A DNA stretch of 43,234 nt from Bacteroidales bacterium (GTDB taxonomy: Bacteria; Bacteroidota; Bacteroidia; Bacteroidales; CAIWKO01). Made by a program: the position numbers and the translations under genes. Of the stretch, positions 29,638-38,746 are shown one piece after another; within the stretch, counting starts at the first letter, position 1, and each line of letters opens with the position of its first letter. The stretch is taken from NCBI GenBank assembly GCA_035371225.1, contig DAOOWO010000002.1, positions 1 through 43,234 of the forward strand, in the 5' to 3' direction. The notes under the pieces were generated by a model that did no database searches, had not been told where the DNA came from, and saw only the letters and a list, made by a program, of their open reading frames with translations.

Positions 29638-30690
29638 ATGGACCCAGTTATATATTATTGGATAGTTTTTATAGGTCTGTTCATTACAGTTTTTATTATT
29701 GATTTATATGTCACTGACCACCGCAAAGGGACACTGTCAGTAAAAACATCATTAAAATGGACAGCGCTCTGGATTAGTATAGCACTGCTTTTCGGAGTTT
29801 CATTATACTTCTTCTTTCCTCAGAATCCCGGCAGTTTAGGACATACAGGCCCTGTAATGATGACAAAATTCATTGCCGGATATCTTACAGAATACTCTTT
29901 ATCGGTAGATAATCTTTTTGTTTTTATCATGATATTTTCCATGATGGCTGTTAGTCAAAAGAATCAGCCACGCTTATTAAAACTGGGGATATTAATTTCT
30001 ATCGTTCTCAGGATATTATTCATACTGGTTGGTATGGAACTCGTGGAAAAGTTTCATTGGATTATTTATATATTCGGAGTAATTCTTGTCTGGACTGCTT
30101 ACAAAATGGCTTTTACCAAAGAAGATGACCAGGTTGATCCCACAAAAAACATTCTTTACAAAGGAGCTTCTAAGCTTTTCCCGGTTGACCCTGACAAAGA
30201 TCCTCATAAGTTTTTTAATAAAATAAACGGGAAATGGCATATTACATCAATTTTTTTGGTGTTGTTGGTCATCGGATCTACCGATGTGTTATTTGCCGTA
30301 GATTCCATTCCTGCTATTATCGGAGTAATTAAAGAAGGTGCATCTAATATTTTAACGCCCGAGGAAGAGAATTTCATCGCAATCACTTCAAATGTCTTTG
30401 CTGTTATGGGATTGATTTCATTGTTTTTTGCGCTTAAAGGAATTATCGGCCTCTTCCGTTTCTTGAAACACGGCGTAAGTTTCATCCTTTTATTTATTGG
30501 TGCCAAAATGCTGTTATCGGCAATTCCTACAGTACAAGGATTTTTCTCCAATCACTCATGGGTATCTTTGGTGGTGATAATTTCTACGTTAACTATTTCC
30601 ATATTGTTATCCATGCTGATTTCTGAAAAGAAGGAAATTGATCAATTGAAAGACGAAGTTGATGATTTAAAAGAAAATATATTAAAATAG
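29638..30690 (+). CDS. TerC family integral membrane protein
   Basis: 350 aa polytopic protein with TerC-type segments (EYSLSVDNLFVF, GSTDVLFAVDSIPAI). It sits 11 nt after mmdC and 16 nt before mmdB. Confidence 0.8.
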   Translation: MDPVIYYWIVFIGLFITVFIIDLYVTDHRKGTLSVKTSLKWTALWISIALLFGVSLYFFFPQNPGSLGHTGPVMMTKFIAGYLTEYSLSVDNLFVFIMIFSMMAVSQKNQPRLLKLGILISIVLRILFILVGMELVEKFHWIIYIFGVILVWTAYKMAFTKEDDQVDPTKNILYKGASKLFPVDPDKDPHKFFNKINGKWHITSIFLVLLVIGSTDVLFAVDSIPAIIGVIKEGASNILTPEEENFIAITSNVFAVMGLISLFFALKGIIGLFRFLKHGVSFILLFIGAKMLLSAIPTVQGFFSNHSWVSLVVIISTLTISILLSMLISEKKEIDQLKDEVDDLKENILK

Positions 30691-30706
30691 TAAATAATAA
30701 AGAATT

Positions 30707-31855
30707 ATGGATTTGCAAAGCTTACTGCCAGTACTTTATAGTATAACCTGGCAAAATTTAGTAATGATTTCAGTGGGTTTGATACTTATATACCTGGCAA
30801 TTGCAAAGGAATATGAACCCAATTTGTTGCTGCCAATGGGTTTTGGAGCTGTTTTGGTAAACATCCCTTTAACATCTGCCCTGACACAAATTGATCCGGT
30901 AACCGGAAAAGCATTGGAAGGAGCCTTGTCGGTTTTTTATGAAGCAGGTATAGCTAATGAAGTCTTCCCGTTGCTTATTTTTATTGCAATAGGGGCAATG
31001 ATCGACTTTTCCCCATTATTTAAAAATCCCTTGTTATTGTTATTCGGTGCAGCCGCCCAGTTTGGAATCTTTCTGACCATGATGGGTGCGACATTGCTTG
31101 GATTTGATTTGAAAGAAGCCGCTTCTATAGGTATTATTGGTGCCGCTGATGGTCCAACATCCATTTTTGTCTCGTCGAGGTTTGCGCCAAATTTGTTAGG
31201 TCCAATATCTGTGGCTGCCTATTCGTATATGGCCCTGGTGCCCATCATTCAGCCTCCGGTAATCCGCTTGCTGACAACCAAAAAAGAACGTTGTATTCAC
31301 ATGGAAGCCCATGCCAAAAACGTATCTAAAACATCCCTTATTTTGTTTCCTATTGTTGTTACTATTTTTGCTGGAATAATTGCCCCTTCTTCACTTGCCC
31401 TTATAGGATTTCTGATGTTTGGAAACCTTATCAGAGAATGCGGCGTACTAAATAAACTCTCCTTGGCTGCTCAGAATGAATTATCCAGTATAGTAACAAT
31501 ATTACTTGGAATCAGTATTGCCAGCACCATGACAGCCGATCGTTTTGTCAGATTGGATACCTTGATGATTATCGGTCTTGGACTGGTGGCTTTTATCTTT
31601 GATACTTTTGGAGGTGTGATGTTTGCCAAGTTGATGAATATCTTCCTGCCCGCAAAGAAAAAAATCAATCCAATGGTGGGCGCCTGCGGTATTTCTGCGT
31701 TTCCCATGTCGGCACGAGTAATTCATGGCATGGGACAAAAAGAAGACCCTACCAATTATTTGCTTATGCATGCCGTTAGCGCTAACGTGGGCGGACAAAT
31801 TGGTTCCGTGGTGGCCGGTGGCCTCATCCTTTCATTAATTCCTTTATTTTGCTAA
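30707..31855 (+). CDS. mmdB: Sodium ion-translocating decarboxylase beta subunit
   Basis: 382 aa polytopic protein with OadB/MmdB family signatures (IGIIGAADGPTSIF, GACGISAFPMSARV). Confidence 0.9.
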   Translation: MDLQSLLPVLYSITWQNLVMISVGLILIYLAIAKEYEPNLLLPMGFGAVLVNIPLTSALTQIDPVTGKALEGALSVFYEAGIANEVFPLLIFIAIGAMIDFSPLFKNPLLLLFGAAAQFGIFLTMMGATLLGFDLKEAASIGIIGAADGPTSIFVSSRFAPNLLGPISVAAYSYMALVPIIQPPVIRLLTTKKERCIHMEAHAKNVSKTSLILFPIVVTIFAGIIAPSSLALIGFLMFGNLIRECGVLNKLSLAAQNELSSIVTILLGISIASTMTADRFVRLDTLMIIGLGLVAFIFDTFGGVMFAKLMNIFLPAKKKINPMVGACGISAFPMSARVIHGMGQKEDPTNYLLMHAVSANVGGQIGSVVAGGLILSLIPLFC

Positions 31856-31873
31856 TTACGGAGGTAAACTATT

Positions 31874-32005
31874 ATGAATAATTTTGAAGCAGCATTGGAA
31901 GTTACAGGCTTGGGAATGTTAGGGATATTTATTTTTATGATAATTTTCTACTTTGCCATTCAGGCGATAGATAAATTATTCCCCTATAAACAAAAGGCTG
32001 AATAG
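31874..32005 (+). CDS. OadG-family-like 43-aa single-TM subunit (not in the ORF track)
   Basis: ATG 31874, TAG 32003-32005. MNNFEAALEVTGLGMLGIFIFMIIFYFAIQAIDKLFPYKQKAE matches the OadG/MmdD-type N-terminal helix pattern (L..tGlGM..vF.fl). It lies 18 nt after mmdB. Confidence 0.55.
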   Translation: MNNFEAALEVTGLGMLGIFIFMIIFYFAIQAIDKLFPYKQKAE

Positions 32006-32063
32006 CATTCTTTCACATTTATTTGAATAAAATAATGTGCTGACAGGCAGCGTGGCAACGTTG

Positions 32064-33749
32064 TTAATACAAAAAACTACTGCCTCCCACAAACTCTCTT
32101 AGTATGGAAGTAGGAGGAATACCGCGTGATTCCATAGACTTAAAGTAACTGAAAAACTTCAGCAGCCTTTTGGCTTCCGAATACTCTATATTGTTGGGCT
32201 GTACCTCCATTAGTATGTGTTCGGCGTATTGTTTGATTACTGCCAATTCGTAAATCTGGGCCGAATTGAACATAATGTCGGCTTCTTCCTGAAAAGGAAA
32301 GATATGTTTTTCTTCTCCTTTTACCACGCTGGGCCAGCGCGAAATAGTTTCCAGTGCAGAATATTTCCGGTATCTGAAATCACGTACTATACGCCGTATC
32401 AGTCGATTATCCGATGTGCTTATCCGGTTGTGATCATCAATGTTTAAGGTGGTCAGGGCTGATACATAAATCCTGAATTTAGCCTGGGATTCAATTGCGG
32501 AGGTAAGTTGAGGGTTCAATCCGTGGATTCCTTCAATTATCAGTATATTTTCGGGTTCCATCTGCATGGATTCCCCATTATAAAAGCGTGCGCCCGATTC
32601 AAAAGAAAACTTTGGTAATTTTATCCTTTTACCTTGTAAAAGCTCGGTAAGATTGTTGTTAAATAGTTCTATATCAATGGATTCAAGGGCCTCGAAATCG
32701 TATTGGCCGTTCTCGTCAAGGGGTGTTTTGTCGCGGCTCACAAAATAATTGTCGAGCGACAAATTCAGTGGTTTGATGCCGTTGACAAGAAGTTGTATGG
32801 CCAGCCGTTTTCCAAAAGTGGTTTTTCCGCTCGACGACGGGCCGCTGATGAGAACAACTTTGACTTCGCCTTTTCGGGCATTAATCATATCAGCTATTTG
32901 GCTGATCTTTTTTTCGTGAAGCGCTTCCGACACTTTTATCAGTAATTCTGATTTGCCTTCCGAAATAAACTTGTTAAGTTCGCCCACATTAGTAACATCA
33001 AGGATCTGATTCCACTGAGAAAATTCTTTTAGAATCTCAAACATTTTTTCCTGCATAATCAGGTCGTCTACCCGGTCGGGGTCATTTTTTTTGGGAAGTT
33101 GCAGCAACAAGCCATTGTAGTATCGGTTCAGGTCGAAAACTTTTATGTAGCCTGTGGAAGGAACAAGATAACCATAAAAAGAATCTATGCAGCCGTCAAT
33201 TTCATAATATTTTGCATAATTCTCACCCCGGTGCCTCAGGATATTTATCTTGTCGGTCAAACCGCAAGCTTCAAATTTTTTTATTACTACTTCTGTTTCT
33301 TCCACAAAATTGTTAAAAGGAATATCCGCTTTGATAATTTCAAGCATGCGTGCCTTTATTTTCAATATGTCGGCATCGCTAAGCTCGTTTTCCATATGGT
33401 TGATAATACAAAAATACCCCTTGGAAATATTGTGGTTGATGCGTAAACTGGCATGGGGAAATAAATCATGAACTGCTTTATACAGTATAAACGAAAGACT
33501 TCTCAGGTACATACGCATACCATCGGGATGGGTAATATCAATAAAACTGATTTTTTTTGGCTGATATACCTCGTAAGAAAGTTCTTCAATACAATTATTT
33601 ACTAAAGCTCCGAGTATGGGATAGCTAAGTTTAACATTAAAAATATCAGCAATTTGCAAAAGAGAAGTACCACGTGGAATTTCGTGGACAACTCCGTTAT
33701 TTAAACATCTGACCTTAATAGTGGTAGCGCCACTTTTCATTTCCATCAT
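32064..33749 (-). CDS. Nucleoside (uridine/PRK family) kinase fused to an N-terminal TGS/ThrRS-like domain
   Basis: 561 aa. Walker A LISGPSSSGKTTFGKRLA in the C-terminal half. The N-terminal 250 aa or so resemble the TGS plus second-additional-domain region of threonyl-tRNA synthetase-type proteins. Confidence 0.65.
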   Translation of the reverse strand: MMEMKSGATTIKVRCLNNGVVHEIPRGTSLLQIADIFNVKLSYPILGALVNNCIEELSYEVYQPKKISFIDITHPDGMRMYLRSLSFILYKAVHDLFPHASLRINHNISKGYFCIINHMENELSDADILKIKARMLEIIKADIPFNNFVEETEVVIKKFEACGLTDKINILRHRGENYAKYYEIDGCIDSFYGYLVPSTGYIKVFDLNRYYNGLLLQLPKKNDPDRVDDLIMQEKMFEILKEFSQWNQILDVTNVGELNKFISEGKSELLIKVSEALHEKKISQIADMINARKGEVKVVLISGPSSSGKTTFGKRLAIQLLVNGIKPLNLSLDNYFVSRDKTPLDENGQYDFEALESIDIELFNNNLTELLQGKRIKLPKFSFESGARFYNGESMQMEPENILIIEGIHGLNPQLTSAIESQAKFRIYVSALTTLNIDDHNRISTSDNRLIRRIVRDFRYRKYSALETISRWPSVVKGEEKHIFPFQEEADIMFNSAQIYELAVIKQYAEHILMEVQPNNIEYSEAKRLLKFFSYFKSMESRGIPPTSILREFVGGSSFLY

Positions 33750-33816
33750 ATTGATTAGTAGTAATTAAAATGTGATAATATATATAATTTTTATTTTGTG
33801 TAGTTTGGGTTGAAAA

Positions 33817-33832
33817 TAGTTTTGCAAAATTA
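33817..33832. promoter_or_regulatory. Back-to-back -7 boxes TAGTTTTG|CAAAATTA (near-palindromic, candidate divergent promoters)
   Basis: The plus strand reads TAGTTTTG (33817-33824). The minus strand reads TAATTTTG (33825-33832). Both match TAnnTTTG, in the kinase/dnaX divergent spacer. Confidence 0.35.
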
Positions 33833-33900
33833 AGCAAAATATGTGTCGGGTTTTTTATATTGCACCATGAGTGAATAAATCCCGATTGGAAAAAATTTTA

Positions 33901-33908
33901 TATTTTTG
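33901..33908 (+). promoter_or_regulatory. Candidate -7 box (TATTTTTG) for dnaX
   Basis: Exact TAnnTTTG match, 31 nt upstream of the ATG at 33939. Confidence 0.45.
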
Positions 33909-33938
33909 TACTCTTCAACTATGGCTTAAAACTTTCGC

Positions 33939-35633
33939 ATGGAGAATTTTATTGTTTCAGCCCGAAAATATCGTCCTTCTACCTTTGATACTGTGGTAGG
34001 ACAACATACAATAACTTCGACGTTAAAAAATGCCATTAAATCGCAGCAACTTGCCCAGGCATTTTTATTTTGCGGGCCGCGTGGTGTGGGAAAGACAACT
34101 TGTGCGCGCATACTGGCGAAAACCATCAATTGTCATAATCTTAATGAGAATTTTGAGGCCTGTAACCAATGCGTATCCTGTAAATCATTCAACGAGCTTA
34201 CCTCGTTCAATATTCATGAACTTGATGCTGCTTCCAATAATTCTGTAGATGATATCCGTACCCTGGTGGATCAGGTGCGTATTCCTCCTCAAGCCGGCAA
34301 GTACAAGGTCTATATCATCGATGAGGTGCACATGCTTTCGGCTGCGGCTTTCAATGCTTTTCTCAAAACGTTGGAAGAACCTCCTGCTTATGCGAAATTT
34401 ATTTTAGCCACAACAGAAAAACATAAGATACTTCCCACTATCTTGTCGCGTTGCCAGATATTTGATTTTAAAAGAATCACGGTCAATGATATGGCTAATT
34501 ATCTGGCCTATGTGGCTAATTGCGAGCATATTGACGCCGAGCCCGATGCCCTGCATCTGATTGCTCAGAAAGCAGATGGTGCCATGCGCGATGCCCTTTC
34601 CATATTCGACCAGATATCAATTTCGTCAGATAATAAAATAACCTTCAGGGCAGTACTCGAAAATCTTAATATTCTTGACTACGAATACTATTTCAAGATG
34701 ACCGGGCTTATACTAGAAAATAAAACTTTTGAAGTCCTCAATCTGATTGATACCGTCCTGGAAAATGGGTTCGAAGGCCAGGTTTTTCTTTCGGGTTTCG
34801 CGGCACATCTTCGCGACCTGCTGGTATGCAAAGATGATGTTACCATTAAACTTCTTGAAGCCAGCGAAAACATCAAAAACAAGTACCTGATGCTTGCCCG
34901 CCAGTGCCCTGAGGTATTCCTGACCAGAAATCTCGAAATTGCAAACCGTTTTGATTTCGAATATAAAAACAGCAATCATAAACGGCTTCACCTCGAAATG
35001 GCATTTATTAAAATGTGCGGTTTTGCTCAAAATGATTCGGTATCGGACTCTCCGCAAATTACCGAAGCCAAAAAAAAAACTGATACCCTGAACGCAGCGG
35101 TACAAAAAACACCTGAAATCTCTCCAAAACCTACCGCTCCTCAGCCCATTCTTAGCGAACAACCCATTAAAAAAACAGTAGCATCGCCCAAAGCTGTCGT
35201 TTCCATTAAGGATGAAACAGAAGATGAAAAAAACGAAGTAAAGGAAATAACCATTAATTATGGTAATGAACCTTACGATCTGGAGAAAATCCATCATTTG
35301 TGGCCCGAATTTGTGGGGAAGTATAATAGCCATCCCAGCTTTTATATGGCACTCAAAAGAGATATGCCTATACAGGATCAGGAGGGTAACATCAAATTTG
35401 TATTTGAAAATAACCTGACTTTCAGCGAGTTTTTATCGAAAAAACCTGAAATTCTTGATTTTTTCAGAAAGGCCCTGAAAAACAACTCCTTTGATATATT
35501 CGGAGAAGTGGCGGTAAAAGAAGACCTGCAGCGGAAACCCTATACTCCGGATGAGAAATATGACGAGATGAACAAAAAAAACCCCGAACTGAAAAACTTT
35601 AAAGAACAACTGGACCTGGATATTGACTACTGA
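33939..35633 (+). CDS. dnaX: DNA polymerase III subunit tau (gamma/tau)
   Basis: Walker A GPRGVGKTT, DEVHMLS, sensor and Zn module CNQCVSC, followed by a low-complexity linker and a tau-type C-terminus. 564 aa. Confidence 0.93.
   Translation: MENFIVSARKYRPSTFDTVVGQHTITSTLKNAIKSQQLAQAFLFCGPRGVGKTTCARILAKTINCHNLNENFEACNQCVSCKSFNELTSFNIHELDAASNNSVDDIRTLVDQVRIPPQAGKYKVYIIDEVHMLSAAAFNAFLKTLEEPPAYAKFILATTEKHKILPTILSRCQIFDFKRITVNDMANYLAYVANCEHIDAEPDALHLIAQKADGAMRDALSIFDQISISSDNKITFRAVLENLNILDYEYYFKMTGLILENKTFEVLNLIDTVLENGFEGQVFLSGFAAHLRDLLVCKDDVTIKLLEASENIKNKYLMLARQCPEVFLTRNLEIANRFDFEYKNSNHKRLHLEMAFIKMCGFAQNDSVSDSPQITEAKKKTDTLNAAVQKTPEISPKPTAPQPILSEQPIKKTVASPKAVVSIKDETEDEKNEVKEITINYGNEPYDLEKIHHLWPEFVGKYNSHPSFYMALKRDMPIQDQEGNIKFVFENNLTFSEFLSKKPEILDFFRKALKNNSFDIFGEVAVKEDLQRKPYTPDEKYDEMNKKNPELKNFKEQLDLDIDY
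35070..35079 (+). promoter_or_regulatory. Candidate recoding or slippage site in dnaX (A10 run)
   Basis: GCC AAA AAA AAA ACT. The -1 frame reads AAC TGA and the +1 frame reads CTG ATA CCC TGA immediately downstream. Confidence 0.4.
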
Positions 35634-35802
35634 TTTTTTCAAAATAAAAAACTTACCCCGCGATATGATTTTCACTTTGTGATGATGGATAATAGTGCGC
35701 CTGTGGTTATCAGAAAATTGTAACAAAAACAGCGCAGCCACATCAAAGAAGTACAAAAAAAAACGCTACAAAAAATAAAATATAAAAAATTAAATTTTTA
35801 AC

Positions 35803-38625
35803 ATGACAAGTTTAAGAACATTACTTTATGGCGCCATTGCTTTTGCGTGCATAACAACGGTTACCTACGGACAAAAAGCAGTCAATCTTAACGACAGTAT
35901 TCCGGTTGATCCTGCTGTGGTCATCGGGAAACTCGATAACGGGCTGACCTATTATATTCGTCAGAACAAAAAACCCGAAAACCGTGTAGAACTTCGTCTG
36001 GCAGTTAATGCCGGCTCGGTGCTCGAAAATAACAGTCAGCGTGGCCTGGCGCATTTCACAGAACATATGTGTTTTAATGGAACCAAGACTTTTTCCGGAA
36101 ACAAAATGATTGATTATTTACAAAAATACGGTATCACTTTTGGTAAAGAAATCAATGCATATACTGCTTTCGATCAAACGGTTTACATGATTCAGTTGCC
36201 TTCAGATAATGTGAATCTGCTTGATACAGGTATGTTGATTATCGAAGATTGGGCTCACAATGTTGCCTTCGACAGTAAGGAGATTGATAAGGAACGCGGC
36301 ATTATCACCGAAGAATGGCGCATGGGTCTTGGCGCTGACGATCGTATGATGAAAAAATGGTTCCCTGTGGTTTTCAAAAACTCAAAATATGCCGAACGCC
36401 TGCCTATTGGCGATATTGATGTAATTAAAAATGCTCCTTACGATACGCTGAGGGCGTTCTATAAATCATGGTACCGTCCCAACCTGCAGGCAGTTGTTGT
36501 CGTTGGCGATATTGATGTGAAAAAAATGGAAGAAAAAGTAAAGCAGTTGTTCGGAGGCATTCAAAACCCTGCCAATTTCCGCCCACGGCCAGCCATTGAT
36601 ATTCCCGATAATAAAGAACCTTTGATCAGCATTGTTACTGACAAAGAAGCCACCAACTCCATGATATTTGTCATTTTTAAACATAAAGCCAAGGTTGATT
36701 ATACACTGGAAGATTATAAAAAAGCTTTGACAGCCGATTTGTATAATGAAATGCTTAACGCCCGCCTGAAAGAAATCACCGTGCAGCCCGACGCTCCTTT
36801 TATAATGGCTCAGGCTGAGTACGGTAATTTTCTGGCTCGTTCTACTGATGCCTACCAGTTGTTCGCATATCCCAAAGAAAATCAAATCGAAAAAGCATTT
36901 GAAACGCTCCTGCTCGAAAACGAAAGAGTCAGGCAGTTTGGATTTACAGCTACCGAGTTTGAACGCACCAAAGAGCAGATGTTGAATGATTATGAAAAGA
37001 AATCCAAAGAATTTGACAAAACAGAATCAGAAAATTATGCCGATGAGTATGTGGAAAATTTCCTGAGCAAAGCCATTATCCCGGGAGCAAAAAGCGAATT
37101 TAAACTGGCCAAAAAACTTTTACCCGAAATTTCGCTGGCCGATATCAACGCTCTGGCAGCCACATGGATTACCGACGAAAATATGGCCGTGGTCGTTACT
37201 GCTCCCGAAAAGGACGGAAACAAAATGCCAACCGAAAAAATGCTCACCGATATCATTACGGCCTCTAAAAAAGCTGAGCTAAAAGCCTATGTGGACAAGT
37301 TTAAAGCCGAACCGCTTGTAAAAGAGGAGCTTTCCGGCAGTAAAATAATTTCCAAAAATGAAAATAAAGAATTGGGATTCACCGAGCTTACTTTTGGCAA
37401 TGGTGTAAAAGCGGTTATTAAAAAAACTGATTTCAAAAACGATGAAATACAGATAAGAGCATACAGCCCGGGAGGTTTATCGTTGTACTCCGATCAGGAT
37501 TATGTGTCAGCATTTTTCGCCAGCAGCATCATCAACGAAAGCGGAGTTGGCAATTTTGATAATACCGAACTGGAGAAAAAATTAAAAGGCAAGGATATTG
37601 AAATAGGTCCTTACATTGATGATCTTAAAGAAGGATTTGTTGGAAAAAGCAGCCCGAAAGATTTTGAAACACTTCTGCAACTCACTTACCTGTATTGTAA
37701 AGAGCCCCGTAAAGATACCGCTGCTTTTGATGCGTTTATGCAAAACATGAAAACCCAGTTGAAATTTATAGGCTCGAGTCCAGTGTACGCTTTTATTGAT
37801 ACGCTGCTGAAAACATCATCCGGCAACAGTCCAAGGTTGATAGCCATTCCCAGCCAGAAACAATTAAATGAAGTGGACCTTGAGGTGGCTTACAAGATTT
37901 ATAAGGAACGGTTTATCAACGCTAACGACCTCAAATTTTTTATCGTCGGAAATATTGATGCGGACTCTATTGCCCCTTTGCTCGAAAAGTACCTGGGAAG
38001 CCTTCCCGGAAAAGCAAAATCAGAGCAATGGCTCGATAAAAGCCCGAAATTCCCTGCCGGCATTACCGATCTGGAAATTAATAAAGGCACTGACCCCAAA
38101 AGCATGGTGGGCATTGTTATGAATGAAAAATTTGAATGGAACGACAAAAATAGGCTCTGTCTTCGTATGACAAAAGAGATATTAAGTATTAAGCTTATTG
38201 AAGTAATACGAGAAGAAATGAGCGGTGTGTATTCGCCTCAGATCCAGATGGATGCTTCGCGGTATCCCACCTCTGAATACTCACTCATGGTAATGTTTGG
38301 CTGCTCCCCCAAAAACACCAATAAACTTACCAAGGCAGTATTTAAAATCATTCAGGAATTGCGCACCAAAGGACCCCAGGAAAACGATCTGAACAAAACC
38401 AAAGAAGCCCTCGTCCGTGAAAGAGAAGTAGATGTAAAAACAAACAAGTTCTGGCTCGAAAGACTTGAATCATTTTATTTTAATGGCGACGACGTAAGTT
38501 TAATCACTGATTATACCAATAAGGTGAATGCAATTACCCAGGCAGATATTCGTGATTTTGTTGCAAAACATTTCATGAAAGATCATTATGTGAGGGTAGT
38601 ACTGAAACCGCTAAAGAAAAAATAA
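35803..38625 (+). CDS. Secreted M16 (insulinase/pitrilysin) family zinc peptidase
   Basis: Signal peptide, inverted zinc motif HFTEHMCFNG (HxxEH) and a duplicated M16/M16C architecture. 940 aa. Confidence 0.9.
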   Translation: MTSLRTLLYGAIAFACITTVTYGQKAVNLNDSIPVDPAVVIGKLDNGLTYYIRQNKKPENRVELRLAVNAGSVLENNSQRGLAHFTEHMCFNGTKTFSGNKMIDYLQKYGITFGKEINAYTAFDQTVYMIQLPSDNVNLLDTGMLIIEDWAHNVAFDSKEIDKERGIITEEWRMGLGADDRMMKKWFPVVFKNSKYAERLPIGDIDVIKNAPYDTLRAFYKSWYRPNLQAVVVVGDIDVKKMEEKVKQLFGGIQNPANFRPRPAIDIPDNKEPLISIVTDKEATNSMIFVIFKHKAKVDYTLEDYKKALTADLYNEMLNARLKEITVQPDAPFIMAQAEYGNFLARSTDAYQLFAYPKENQIEKAFETLLLENERVRQFGFTATEFERTKEQMLNDYEKKSKEFDKTESENYADEYVENFLSKAIIPGAKSEFKLAKKLLPEISLADINALAATWITDENMAVVVTAPEKDGNKMPTEKMLTDIITASKKAELKAYVDKFKAEPLVKEELSGSKIISKNENKELGFTELTFGNGVKAVIKKTDFKNDEIQIRAYSPGGLSLYSDQDYVSAFFASSIINESGVGNFDNTELEKKLKGKDIEIGPYIDDLKEGFVGKSSPKDFETLLQLTYLYCKEPRKDTAAFDAFMQNMKTQLKFIGSSPVYAFIDTLLKTSSGNSPRLIAIPSQKQLNEVDLEVAYKIYKERFINANDLKFFIVGNIDADSIAPLLEKYLGSLPGKAKSEQWLDKSPKFPAGITDLEINKGTDPKSMVGIVMNEKFEWNDKNRLCLRMTKEILSIKLIEVIREEMSGVYSPQIQMDASRYPTSEYSLMVMFGCSPKNTNKLTKAVFKIIQELRTKGPQENDLNKTKEALVREREVDVKTNKFWLERLESFYFNGDDVSLITDYTNKVNAITQADIRDFVAKHFMKDHYVRVVLKPLKKK

Positions 38626-38642
38626 ATAGGAGTGTATGGAAT

Positions 38643-38669
38643 AAAAACCGCCATTATCAGGCGGTTTTT
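38643..38669 (+). terminator. Intrinsic terminator after the M16 peptidase gene
   Basis: AAAAACCGCC-ATTATCA-GGCGGTTTTT: perfect 10-bp stem with a T-run. Confidence 0.85.
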
Positions 38670-38746
38670 ATTATTAAAAGCATGCAACAAATTCATGAGT
38701 TCATGTTATTGAGAGAATAATCTTTTTGAAAAATTAAATCTTACCT

